Positions 13,203 through 25,947 are shown, counted from the whole stretch's first letter. The stretch: DNA of 62,972 nt, filler included, from Basidiobolus ranarum (GCA_040143965.1; 39 parts of 39 records of this genome joined end to end with filler, not necessarily neighbours in it); one strand, 5' to 3'. Translations and numbers: made by a program. The notes: generated from the sequence alone by a model not told the origin.

Positions 13203-13205
13203 TAA

Positions 13206-14509
13206 TGCATTAAGTATTGGGCTGTTTCAAAATGACCATGTAATAAAGTGACTTAGATTCAACCATGATTAAGTTTGTTGATGAATTTTATTGCATAGTT
13301 TCCAGGCATTTAAATATAATTGAAGTAATTAGGATAATTTACACAAACAAAGATTTTGTTACAGAGAATGTAGGGAAATTTACCATGATAATTAAACCTC
13401 TTTGATAAATGCCATTTGAGAACCAGATTGCTCCTAATCATGCCTGTTCATTCAAAGTTAGTAACATGCTTTCAATCTACTCCAAATAGCCATTCCTCAA
13501 TAATTTAAAAGCAACTACTGGCTTTGCTATCATCACCCTGGAAGCTTCATTTGAAAAGTACTGTGGCTTATACACTCCCATACCCACTTGAGAGTAGTTA
13601 GTCAATTTTTTTTGCTATCATAAATACTACTGCCCAATCAGATTTTATGCACTTATGTTGGTGGGAAAAGTGAGAGAGGCTTCCATACTAAGCCTCAAGT
13701 TAATGAAAATTATCTAGCTTTAGTAATGAATGATATTGAGGGTGCCAGGGACAATAGATTCCAAAAATCTGATTTCCATGGATTTCCTGGAGTATGTGCC
13801 AATAGAGTTCATAACAGAAGTATCCTTGACACACTTCCTGTAAGACTCAACAGACCCAAAAGTAACCAAAAGCTATGCTACTCTGGCAAGTACAGAGCAC
13901 ACTATGTAAAGTTCCAGCACTGACAGATTTAAAAGGAAACATCTTTTAGTTTAGTGGGCCACATCCAAGGAGACATCATGACAAAAGCTTTGGGTAGAAA
14001 AGCATCCACTAATTGTCAGATACTAAAAGACTATGACCAATGAGGCATATATTAGGGAAGAGGCAGAAGCCCAGGATGTGTCACAGCTACTGAGAGGTCT
14101 AGAGGAAATATACTTACCAAGTGGCAAAAGCTTTATAATGATATTTTTTCCCATTTTAGAGCAGGATTAAAACATAAGTTTGGCTTCCTAATTAGATACA
14201 TCATTGTCAAAGGAAATTATAGAGGAAAATCAATTTGTGGGCCTAAATAATAGTTAGGCACAATGGACAAGATCTTGATTAATTCCCAATACATTGCTAC
14301 TCAAAGATAACTATTAAGCTCTCTAAACTGGGACCCTGAATTAAGCTTCCATTGTTTTTGGAATGTGCAATAATGTCCATATACACTTTTTCAAAATAAA
14401 CCTCCCATGTAAAACAAATACTTCTGAAATGGCAAATAACATTGTACTGGATAGGGCCCAATTATGCTAAACTGCATTGGCACACTTTTAGCTTACCTGA
14501 TCTGGCTCA
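13206..14509 (+). mobile_element. Decayed DDE_Tnp_4 (IS5/ISL2/Harbinger-type) transposase and right subterminal region
   Basis: ILDTLPVRLNRPKSNQKLCYSGKYRAHYVKFQ; collinear with 43725-44430. Confidence 0.88.
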
Positions 14510-14609
14510 NNNNNNNNNNNNNNNNNNNNNNNNNNNNNNNNNNNNNNNNNNNNTTAATTAATTAANNNNNNNNNNNNNNNNNNNNNNNNNNNNNNNNNNN
14601 NNNNNNNNN

Positions 14610-15451
14610 GTGCATTGTTGCCACAAAAACCTCCAAGTTTACTGATGGCAGGAGTCTCACCAATACCTTCAATGATATTAGCCTTAATATAATAATCACC
14701 CATCTGAACCCCATTTGATTACCATTCAAATCCCATAATCAAAGGCTCTAAGAAGCTATCTATAAGCACTGGTGATTTAGGTCCAGATATGATATATAGT
14801 ATCAAAATATTATGACTCTTATATCATTCAGAAGAAGGAAGAGTTAAGTTGATTAAACCTATTGGCCAGCAAGCCGTTCCAATGGTATATTTGTTTAGTG
14901 AGAAACCATCCAGAGCCAATGCAAATGCATCATCATATGTGTTCTCAAAGAAACCTTGACTTTTCAGATTCTGGTAGTGATATCCTTCAAGTATATTAGT
15001 AATACCATCAGCTTTATGGTGAGTACTTAGGTTTTCCAAAAACAAAGAATCCATAACAAAACCATTGTCTTCTTCTTCAACTTCTGATATCCTACCATTG
15101 GTACTGGAATAATCAAGATCAACATCTAGCAGCAAGTCCTCAAAGTTTTCTGGACTTACTGGTTTTATCAAAGTTGCATTTCTATGTACATCATTCTGGT
15201 CATATAACTGTGGTAAATCCAGAGTATCTTGACTTTTGGCAGTGTTAACAAAACTCTAAGGCATAGTATGCTCAGTGGACTCAATGAGTAAAGCTAAAGT
15301 TGATTAAGTGCACTTATTACTGTTGTTATACACTAGGCTTTTTGCAGCTGATGGCTTTGTACAGTGACTGTGCTTGTGATTATTTTCTCTATGAAGCCTC
15401 TTGCTTTCATAGCACAAGAATTTGTGACAATAGTAGCAGGGCTTTTTTAAA
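14610..15451 (-). mobile_element. CACTA transposase 5'/central fragment with ~0.4-kb internal deletion
   Basis: KKPCYYCHKF...H; FALALDGFSLNKYTIGTACWPIGLINLTLPSSE (Transposase_21-like); collinear with 55650-56030 and 28030-28450. Confidence 0.88.
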
Positions 15452-15715
15452 AGCTGGTGTTGTGGCATGAAAATGATATTGTGGAATAAAGAGCACATCC
15501 TATGTAAGGATGGCATTTTAGGTATTGCCCATCAATATCATCAGCTGCTTTGAGATGGTATCACAGATGAGTCATCAGGGGATTTGCAAGATATTTCTGG
15601 TCATGGATGGGAGTTTTGGTTTATTATCATCTGTTTCTAAGCAATTTCATTACTCCAAGTTTGCCATCTGAAAATATCAATGCCATTCAAAAAGCGCTAA
15701 AAATCTAAATCAAAA

Positions 15716-16069
15716 TTGGCGTCCAAGCCAAAGCCTGCTGGTACAGAAGGAAAAAAACCAGCAGGAACAGAGTGCTTAGTTGATGAGAAGTCTAGCAATC
15801 CACTACCTACTTTGGAAGGAATTAACAGGCTGGAAACTAACTCAAGTAATGATGAAGCATTAAACCATTTACCAGTTGTGTTCCTTTCCAGCAATAGTTC
15901 AAGTGAAGAGATTGTAATCCCCCAATTACATATTAAATCAATAGTTGAGCAAAGTTCAACCAAAACACCATCAAGACCAACAATTTCCAAAATGACTACA
16001 TTGCCCACTATTGAACAACCCTCTGTAGAAAATTTGGATAGAATTATTATGACATTACATTATTTCTAG
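15716..16069 (+). repeat. Low-complexity ORF in an unclassified repeat
   Basis: K/P/S/T-rich 117-aa ORF, CpG-depleted, second copy at 12695-12888. Confidence 0.45.
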
Positions 16070-16230
16070 TGATTATATATCCACTTCCTCTTGTTCCAAG
16101 CATCTCTGCAAGATTGTCACTGGATACTTGNNNNNNNNNNNNNNNNNNNNNNNNNNNNNNNNNNNNNNNNNNNNTTAATTAATTAANNNNNNNNNNNNNN
16201 NNNNNNNNNNNNNNNNNNNNNNNNNNNNNN

Positions 16231-17751
16231 CCAATTCCTCTAATTCTCCAAACCACTTCCAACAGGCTCCCAAATACTTTAACATGTTCAAGAGCTAAAA
16301 CTGCCAAGAAAGTACAGAAAGCCTTGGAAGACACTTACCAAACATGTTCTGCTGCCAACAAGAAGTTTCTAAGAAGACAATTCTTCAACTTAAAGCTGAA
16401 GCCAGGAGAGGACATTAAATCACTAGTTAATAGAGGCACTAATTTAGTGGATGAAATGGAATGCATTGGAGTACCTACCACTGATCAAGATATCATAGTT
16501 ACAGTCCTAAATAGCCTGCCACATATGTTTTAGAGCCTAGTAATAGCTCTAGAATCAAGAACTGAATATTTGACCTTAAATTATGTATATGGCAGACTTC
16601 TGGATGAAGATTTACATAAATCAGGGCTCAACCAAAAGAATGAGGAAAATGCTTTAATAGGCTATGGGAAACCTTCCTATAAAGGTCAAAAGCACTTTAA
16701 GAACAAAAGTAACACATTCTGTGATACTGTAAAAGAACTGGCCATTTAAGGAAAGATTGAATTAAAAGAATTGCAAAACAAGAAATACATAGTGAATCTG
16801 GAAATGTGATTACAACAGAAGATCACTGTTCATATCTGCTCTATCTATGACTACAAGCAAGGATTCTCAGACATGGTACATTGATTCTGGAGCTTCCCTA
16901 CATTTCACAAATGAAAAACATTGGTTTGTGGAATATGAAGAAATCCCAATTAGAAAGGTTTACATGGGAGATGACAACACATTGGATGCTATTGGAATGG
17001 GAACAATTCCAGTCAATATAAATGGAGCTTCTGAGGAGAAAGTATATACTTTGAAGGATGTACTACATGTTCCAGATATTGCCAAGAATTTAATATCTGT
17101 ATGTAAGGCCATCTCAGAAGGGCCAAAATTCAATACTGATAAATTAGGATGCACTATCACTGATCAAAATGGGAATTATTTAGCTTTAGGAGAAAAGGAA
17201 CAGAACTTATACAAACTTACATACAATCCAAGAGGTTTATGTGTAGATATAAGTTTTTCAAATCAAGAAACTATTCAATTATGACATAAGAAATTTGGCC
17301 ATATTGGATTTGCCTATTTGAGCAAAATGATCAAAAATTGCCTAATTTCTGGAATTCAAATTAACCCCCCACCCAAAATGGAAATTTGTGAGGGTTGTAT
17401 ATAGGGAAAACAAGCCAGGCAACCATTCAAGAGCTCCGGTTTAATCAAATCTGTCAAAAAATTGGATCTAATTCATTCAGATTTGTGTGGACCTATGCAA
17501 AATTTATCTCTAAGTGGAGAAAGAAATTTAATCACATTTATCAATGATTATATAAGATACACTTGGGTCTACTTTATGGAAAGAATAGAAGAAGCTCTCT
17601 CTATCTTTAGAGATTTTAAAACACTTTTGGAGACTGAAACTGGAACTAAACTCAAGAAAATAAATACTGATAATGGTGGAGAATATACTTCAACACTATT
17701 TAAGCACTTTTGCAAAGTTCAAAGAATTAAGCAAGAAGTTACTGCCCCCTA
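16231..17751 (+). mobile_element. Copia family A LTR end (16231-16284) fused directly to internal gag, then protease and integrase
   Basis: ...TACTTTAACA joined to TGTTCAAGAGCT (mid-gag, cf. 5039); WYIDSGAS; LIHSDLCGPM; TDNGGEY. Confidence 0.93.
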
Positions 17752-17851
17752 NNNNNNNNNNNNNNNNNNNNNNNNNNNNNNNNNNNNNNNNNNNNTTAAT
17801 TAATTAANNNNNNNNNNNNNNNNNNNNNNNNNNNNNNNNNNNNNNNNNNNN

Positions 17852-19371
17852 GTTTAGTAATTTTTGCCACCATTAGTTTGCTGGTAAAGCATATTGATGT
17901 TGTTGACTTATGTCTAATCGGTCAAATATGTGCATATGTAGAGACTAAACACAATGAGATTCTTGTATTTTTTGATTCTCATTATGTCTGGAATACAAAG
18001 CCTAAAATATCTAAATAAAGGCTTGCATATCAATTCAAATTCCTACAGCAGTAAGCCCAGTATTTTGCCATTTGAAAATTATATTTTTGCAAAAATTGCT
18101 GGATATTGAATAACGCATGCCAAATTTGAGGATCAATATTTTAACATATTTGAATACCATTAAGATACTGTCAAGAAACTGCCATCACATCATCAAAATC
18201 CCTGGCAGAATGCAAGCCAACAATATTGAGATGGTTCTCTGACAGTTTTGCCATTTTTGAGGGTAGATCCAATCCAGATAAAATTGATTTTATTTTTGTT
18301 AGGGGAAAATGTCAAGATGCCATTATATTTTACCAGGACTCCCATCAATATCTGCTCATCCAGGCATTTACTCACATGTCAAGACTGGAAGTATTGGATT
18401 TGTATATATTGCCCTAACAAGAATAGAATCAATTTGATCTGGATTGGGTCCACCCTTCAAAATAGCAAAACTGTCAGAAAACCAGCACAATATTGGTGAC
18501 TTGCATTCTGCCAGGGATTTTGATAGTGTGAGGGTGGTCTCTTGACAGTAGTTTGATGGTATTCATACATGTTAAGATATTGAACCCCAAATTTTGCATG
18601 TGTTATTGAGTATCTGGCAATTTATGCAAAAATCTAATTTTTGAATGGCAAATTACTAGGTTTACTGCTGTAGGAATTTGAATTAATATGCATGCCTTTA
18701 TTTGGATATTTTAGGCTTTGTATTCCAGCCATCATGAGAATCAAAAAGTAAAAGAATCTTGTTGTATTTAGTCTCTACATATGCACATACTTGACTGATT
18801 AGACAGAACTCAACAACATCAATATGCTTTACCAGCAAACTAATGGTGGAGAAATTGCTGAACATCTGAAATTTTGAATAGCGCTGACACTTGGCAAATA
18901 GCTGACTTTTGTTACCATTCACAATGAGAATAAGCTCTTTGATTTTGGCAAATTTGCATAAAGAATTCAGCTAATATATCCCCAACTTGCAGTCAACAAA
19001 TGTCCTGCCACAAGTAGATGTGTCATTGCTAGAATAGATCACCCCATGGCTAAAACAATAATACTGCAGATCTTGATCTATCTCACCAAGAAATCTGTCT
19101 TGAAGCTTTTCTAAAAATACCATCAGATTATTATACAAACAAATTAGTCCAAACTATAGAGGTACTTACTCTGTGTCCATGAATTGGGCTTTGTTGCTGC
19201 TGTTGAGCTCAAACAATGCAAAAACCCATGAGCACATTGAAAAGAGCCCTTTATTGGAAGGTTAATATACTCTGGAGTCTCCTTAACCCATCAAATTACA
19301 TCCATTGCTGATTTTGCTGATACATTTTTAATCAGATTAGCATACAGTAATACTGACAATTTCATATGGAA
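17852..19371. mobile_element. Two CACTA right ends tail-to-tail (ending 18304 and starting 18412) around a 107-bp piece of the same transposase
   Basis: ...TTTTGTTAGGG, then transposase ENVKMPLYFTRTPINI, then CCCTAACAAGAAT...; the two arms are inverted homologues. Confidence 0.9.
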
Positions 19372-19471
19372 NNNNNNNNNNNNNNNNNNNNNNNNNNNNN
19401 NNNNNNNNNNNNNNNTTAATTAATTAANNNNNNNNNNNNNNNNNNNNNNNNNNNNNNNNNNNNNNNNNNNN

Positions 19472-20990
19472 CATATCTGAGAATCCTTGTTGGTGGTTGT
19501 AGATTAAGCAGATATGCACAAGCAATCTTGTGTTGTAATCACATTTTCAAATTCAGTGTGTATGTTTTTGCAATTCTTTTAATGCAATCTTTTCCTATTT
19601 TGCCAGTTTTTTACATTAATCACAAAATGTACTACTTTTCTTCATAAAGTGATTTTGACCTTTCTAAAAAGGGTCCCGCGCCTATTAAAGCAATTACTTA
19701 ATTCTTTTGGTTGGATCTCAGTTTGGGTAAGTCTTCATCCAGAAGACTGGCAATTAATGCCTAATTTAAGGTCATATTTTAGTTCTTGCTCCTAGAGCCA
19801 TTTCAAGGTTCTATGATTCATGTGGCAGGCTATTTAATATGGTAACTTGTTCATATATTTTGATCAGTAATGAGGGCAATAGCCTGATGACAAAGGTGGA
19901 TAAGTAGTGATAAGTAGTAATGAATTAATGGCAGCCTACTGTGTATGGAACTACTTATTTGAAACTTTCACAGACACACAATATGTTCAATTTTTTCTTG
20001 AACAGATGTATGGAACATTTGTTGGCTTCCTTAAAACATTATGATCAATTTAATCCAGATTGTATCCATCCTCCTTGAGCACTAAACCACAACACTATCA
20101 AAAGTTTGTATTCAGCCATACACTTTGAACCTCAATATCTGGCTTGCATTATTTGATTTCCTACAATATTTGGCATATTGGAAGTTTCACTGTTAGAGGA
20201 AAAGGAATTAATATGTATGCCTTTACTGAGTTACATTAGGCTCCATGTTTCAGCCACAATGAGCATCAAAATTATAAGAATCTTGTTGTGTTCAGTCTCT
20301 ACATAAGCATATAGTTGACAGCTTGAACAAAACTTATCAACAACATAATGCTTTGCCAGCAATTGAGTGAGTAATTTGGTACAGAATCAATGCTGTATAC
20401 TGTGGTGAATAGTAAGAAAGACAAAGGTGAACATATTTATCTGATTCAGTGAATGGTAATTGTGTGCAAGCAGTATATGGCATGCAGTTTTTCAGATCAC
20501 TGGTGCTTGCAAAACAACAACTTGGTTATCAAGACAGTTCAATTACTGGAGGATCATGAGTCATACAGTAGACATGTATTTTACAGTCAAACTGATCTGC
20601 AGAACACAACAGTTGCCAATCAACTGCAGCAAAGGTGTGAAAAACCAGCAAACACCTGGTTTCTAAGATTGGATGGAACTTTTAACTCCTCAATAATCAA
20701 ACCAGCTTCCTTGACTATGAGTGATATAAATTAAGTATTGCTTGCAAACAACAAAGAATTGATTGCAAAAATATCCTCAATTTCTTTATCTTTATTTGAT
20801 GTAGAATCATCACCACTATGATAACCTCAGTCACCTCTAGCAGCATTTCTTCAAAGTTTTACAGAATTACTTGCCTCACCAAGGTTGCACTTCTAGCCAA
20901 TGTTGAAATTAGATAAATAGCAAATCAATGTTGATCAAAATTCTAGATTCCAGAAAAACCTGGCCCTAGGATATCTGGCACCATCACTAA
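19472..20990. mobile_element. Heavily decayed mosaic: copia gag (reverse, ~19472-19860), diverged CACTA-related 3' sequence (~20200-20370), gypsy end (~20940-20990)
   Basis: Patchy similarity to 5240-5630, 8370-8520 and 10770-10815. Confidence 0.6.
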
Positions 20991-21090
20991 NNNNNNNNNN
21001 NNNNNNNNNNNNNNNNNNNNNNNNNNNNNNNNNNTTAATTAATTAANNNNNNNNNNNNNNNNNNNNNNNNNNNNNNNNNNNNNNNNNNNN

Positions 21091-21226
21091 TTATCAATAA
21101 AGATTCTTGCCAAAGTATCTTCCTTGTCCAGTCTTGTCTTGTCTTGTGGTCTACACCCAAGTACTCTCCTGCCTTCTAGCCTCTTGTTGTTGTTTCCAGT
21201 CATTGTCCAGTTCCCTATTGTGACAC
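21091..21226 (+). mobile_element. Gypsy LTR 3' end inserted in the CACTA accessory ORF
   Basis: AATAAAGATTCTTGCC...(GTCTT)n...TATTGTGACA matches the LTR 42646-43185. Confidence 0.88.
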
Positions 21227-21700
21227 ATTCAGTCTGGTGTTGACCATGCAGATATCTGGGAAGAAACTTAATACTGAGTGATACAATATTGCAGGGTCTC
21301 TGCCAGATAGCTGGAAGATTGTTGATTTAGCAAGGTTAATACAATGGTGAGCATGGATGGATATATTGATGCAAACTTGTTTTGGATATGAGCTAAACCT
21401 TGATTATGAAGAACTCTATTAAAATATTCAGCAAAATACTGCAATGAAACTAGGGATTTTGAAGGTGACAAATTAGTGTTACATTATTTGCACATGTGTT
21501 GATCCAAACTTCACTGAGATTGTGGGCAATCATGAGCAACTATTTTGTGAGATCTGGAAATTTCACTCCTGAAACTGAAAAATTTGATTAAAATCAAATC
21601 CAACTTGACAATTTTATGACAGTAAGTAAATGGTCAATCCAAAATGGATCAAAATTGTGATGGTTTTCCTACTATAACAATCCTCAAATTTCTATTAGGG
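21227..21700 (-). mobile_element. CACTA left end
   Basis: Reverse homologue of 26805-27310, ending ...TTCTATTAGGG. Confidence 0.88.
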
Positions 21701-22609
21701 GATGTGAGTTTGGCTTTCTTTTCTTATCAGCAAAGTTCTTGTATTGGGATTGAGCATGCTCCTAATCAGATATTAATAGTTTATGCATGTCCTTAAGGAA
21801 AGTGGCATGGTCAGAGGCAACAGGGCAAGGTAGATTAGTTGGTAGGTGAATTGTGACACAAGGATGGAATCCATAATATGCAAAGAAAGGAGTTTGCTTT
21901 GTGGAGATATGATAAGAGTTAGAGTAACCAATTAGCAAAGATATAGCCCAGGTTTAGAGAAGACTATTTGAGAACTTGGAGACAAACTGAGTTTCTCTGT
22001 CAGAGATGATAGTTTCAGGGGGTTCATGTAGGCAGAAGATATTTTGAGTTACCAATTCTGCAGTGTGTTTTGAATCAATTGACTTGTTGCAGGACACAAA
22101 GTGGGCCATCTTTTTTAGATGGTCAACTGTTACCAGAATTAAATCACATTTTGCAGACAAGAGAAGATCAGTCACAAAATCCAGGAATATGGATTTCCAC
22201 TGCTGATCAGGAATTAGAAGTGGCTGTAGGAGACCATATGGCTAATGCCTTGGAGTCATCACTTGAGCTCAAGTATCACAGGTGGAAATAAAAGTCCTGA
22301 CAAATGCAAGCATTTTGGGCCACCAATAATCCCTGGATGCCAACATATATGATTTGGCAATACCAATGTCATGATTCTGTTCTTGGCATACTGATCCACT
22401 GCAAATAGAACTCTTCTATTATTAGATTCTGACATCATATCTGCTGTGCCATCTCTTCTTGGCAATCTGGTGTTAGTTCATTCAGAATACCTTTTATGGA
22501 AGTAATGATCTTTGGAACATTCCATGAAACCTAACCAATCATGTCATCCCACACATAGTGTATATCTGCCAAGACCTTCCATGTAAGGCAACCTGATCAT
22601 CCTTACATT
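21701..22609. mobile_element. Gypsy integrase remnant (reverse, to ~22265) plus gypsy LTR 5' part (forward, from ~22367)
   Basis: DFVTDLL...ILVTVDHLKKMAHF...PETIISDRETQFVSKF; TGTCATGATTCTG LTR start. Confidence 0.88.
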
Positions 22610-22709
22610 NNNNNNNNNNNNNNNNNNNNNNNNNNNNNNNNNNNNNNNNNNNNTTAATTAATTAANNNNNNNNNNNNNNNNNNNNNNNNNNNNNNNNNNN
22701 NNNNNNNNN

Positions 22710-23140
22710 TATGGTGCAATAAGATAGAAACCTATTTGGAGAATCTGGAATTCCAAAAATGAACTGCAGACCACAGATTTAAATAAAACAACCTGAAATA
22801 GGTTTCTTATCTTTGCACTATATGTGGATGCCCTGCTTCTAGCCTCAATGATATACAAGCACTTCTGCAGATAAAAACAGCTTATCAAACAAGTTTAGAA
22901 GACTGCTATAGGTGAGTTAAGTTATTAGCTTGGAATCCAAATCAAGAGAGAAAACTGTTTTCAAAAATTGTGCTGAATGAATCCACATACATTCTAGACA
23001 TTCTAAAACCCTTCAAAGTGGGGATTAACAAGCTTGTATCAGCATCAATGGATTAAATCTTGGAATTAGAGAAGATTTCACCCAAGTTGGCTCAAAATGA
23101 CTCAAATCAAAGGCAGGAGTATCATAATCAGTCCATAGTG
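22710..23140 (+). mobile_element. Highly decayed copia RT remnant
   Basis: LALYVDALL (degenerate YVDD), LGIQI. Confidence 0.65.
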
Positions 23141-23492
23141 ACAATGGAGAAGTTATGTCAGTAACAACTCTTAATTTAGTAGGGAGCTTATTCCTTTTCT
23201 GCTTATTGAACCATCAAACCTGATGTTCAAAAAGGAGTGTTTATTACTCTAATAGACACCAATATCAATTATGGAATGTTGACCATCACTGTTACAAATG
23301 TTTTTGTATCAACTAAGAAGTTTGATAGTGAAGATTTTGACTTTGGGTGTTCATGATGCAAGTGCTGCATGAAGTTGCAGATCTTCTGGGATTTGTTACA
23401 GGAGAGGTAAAGTAGCCCAAGGACCACTAGAAGCTATCCCTGCCTTTCACCAAGATGCACATGAGGGATTCCATGAGACCAAAAGTATAGCT

Positions 23493-24228
23493 TGATAAAA
23501 GTGTTTTGTGGATTTGGATGTGTTTTGGACAAGATTTGGATTTGTGAATTAAAACTTCAGTTTTATTGAATTGAATATGTCCTATTAATAGTTTACTGCA
23601 AAATAGGACTATTGGACATGCTTAGATCATAACATGCATGCCTGTTAAGCATGGGTGAAAATTTGCAATGATTTGGAGAAGTTTTGAGAAAATAGTGAAA
23701 ATTGGTAAAAGTGATTGAATTGATGTTTCTAACAATCAGAGCAATAAACACTCATTTCCAAATGACCAAATTGAGTGCTAAATAATCAGTATATGAATAA
23801 ACTAACTACTAAATAATGAGTTGCTATTTACCTAACTTCAACATACCCACTCAGCTAAATATATGCATTTCTCTCAAACCTAACTTGTATCCTAATAATT
23901 CAATTTGTGCTTTAGCTAAAGGTTTAGTTAAGATATCAGCTATCATTTCTTCAGTAAGGCAATAGACAAATTTGATTATATCATTACCTGTTGCTTCTCT
24001 GACAAAATAATGCCTAATATCTATAAGTCTTGTTCTAGCAAGAAATGTAGGGTTTTTAGCTAATGACATACAACTTTGATTATCTTCAAATACAGTAATA
24101 GCATGTTCCTGCATGTATCCTAAGTCTGTAAACAACTTCCTTAACCATATAGCCTCTTGTGTAGCAGCAGAGGCAGCCATATACTCTGCTTCTGTAGTGG
24201 AAAGTGCTATGGCTGGTTCCTTCTTACT
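23493..24228 (-). mobile_element. Copia family B RNase H end and complete 3' LTR (23843-23493, 351 bp)
   Basis: ALSTTEAEYMAA...EDNQSC...ADILTKPL; LTR TGTTGAAG...TTTTATCA. Confidence 0.9.
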
Positions 24229-24328
24229 NNNNNNNNNNNNNNNNNNNNNNNNNNNNNNNNNNNNNNNNNNNNTTAATTAATTAANNNNNNNNNNNNNNNN
24301 NNNNNNNNNNNNNNNNNNNNNNNNNNNN

Positions 24329-24394
24329 TTGTAAATTGTTGAGCGTGTTCCCAAGGTGTTACTTGTAAATTGTTGAGCGTGTTCCCAAGGTGTT
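24329..24394. repeat. Perfect ~34-bp tandem duplication
   Basis: TTGTAAATTGTTGAGCGTGTTCCCAAGGTGTT occurs twice in tandem. Confidence 0.9.
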
Positions 24395-24785
24395 CATGAT
24401 CAGCACAAATTGTGACAGCATAGTTAGTTTTAATTGTGTTTTTGATGAATTGTAGGTGGTTCTCTTATGGAATATTACTCTAGCATATGCGAATAAAAAC
24501 TCTAGGGATATATCTATTATGGTTACTTGTACGTAATGGTATTGTGTAATTCTTGGGAGTAATTCTTGGGTGTAATTCAATTAATTTATCCAGTCACAGT
24601 CCTTGTCAGTGTAAGTGCGTTGGTTGTACTTTACCTATATAGTAATATTTTACCACATCATATATAATCTAACTCCAGATGATCATGTCATCACATCATG
24701 TCTACGATCAATGACATTTACATAAATATCAGTGCCAAAACCTTTAGCAATTTCAAAAACCTACATTGTATACACTATTTTCATT

Positions 24786-25847
24786 ATGAGCTCCTTCAAT
24801 GACACACGCCCATCTGATGACCGCTCCCAAGATTTCCAATCGAACCCAATCGCCTCTGGCTCTGTCCAACAACGCGCTACAGACCCTTCTTTTGTAAATA
24901 CTCCTGAGTTCGGACGTAACTCTCTAAATCGCGACAAGTCTACTCTGGAAACCTCCGCTCATAACATCCTTCCCAGTCATGATCATTCGAAGCCACTCCA
25001 CAATGAACAAGAATCGTTTGTCAATATCCCAGGATCTTTCCCCGAAAACAGTAACTTTAATAAGAAGGAAGGACTCACTGGCCTCAACAGTGGCAACATC
25101 ACACATGACAGTCAACACAGAGTTAATCCCGATGTGTCGACTACTCTTCATAATGCGAAGAACACTATTGGTGCTGATATTGGAAGCAACAACCAATATG
25201 CAACAAACATGAAAACCACTGGCCTGTACGACCACACAAGTACACCAGATAGAGTAAACCCAGATGTGTCAGAAACTCTCCAAGGCACTAAGAACACTAT
25301 TGGTTCAGATCTTGGAAGAAATAAACCTTTTGACAATCAGCATGAGCATCATAACCATCAGCATCGCGAGCAGCCAGGAAGTCTTCACACTCATAGCAAT
25401 ATCAGTGATGCTCACAATATGGGCCAACTCATCCATGATATTCATAACACCTCTCTCGATGAAAAATCTACCCAAAATGTTGATCATCAGCCACGATCAA
25501 CTGAACTTGGAGCCGATGAAAATATCAGCACTCGTTCAGTACACAATACTCCCATCGCCTCCAGTCACCCAGTGTCCAATACTTTCAGTCCCAGTGACAG
25601 CCTCAGTGGTAGAACTGGGGGTATTCAGAACGGGTTAGGACATGATGGAAGCAGATATGTATTGCCAGGCAGTGAAAGCACTGGACTTGGCTCCAGAGTC
25701 GACAACCAAATCAACGATTACAAGCATGACATCAGCAATCCCACTGATCATACAAACATGGCCAGTGAGCTTGGAAGGTCTAGTGAATTTGGAGCCAACT
25801 CAGGGTTGGACTCCAGCACCCACGGTGATAAACATCATTCTAGTCAT
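24786..25847 (+). CDS. Hydrophilic, S/N/H/D/G-rich predicted disordered protein (3'-truncated) with an internal repeat
   Basis: Long open frame with normal CpG content, ATG at 24786; RVNPDVS(T/E)TL...KNTIG(A/S)D(I/L)G occurs twice; PGSFP motif. Confidence 0.8.
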
Positions 25848-25947
25848 NNNNNNNNNNNNNNNNNNNNNNNNNNNNNNNNNNNNNNNNNNNNTTAATTAAT
25901 TAANNNNNNNNNNNNNNNNNNNNNNNNNNNNNNNNNNNNNNNNNNNN

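Noticed and set aside
15015-15040. ~0.4-kb gap in the CACTA copy as a spliced-out intron
   Set aside because: The junction retains AGT microhomology and does not fit clean GT..AG removal; it is a simple deletion.
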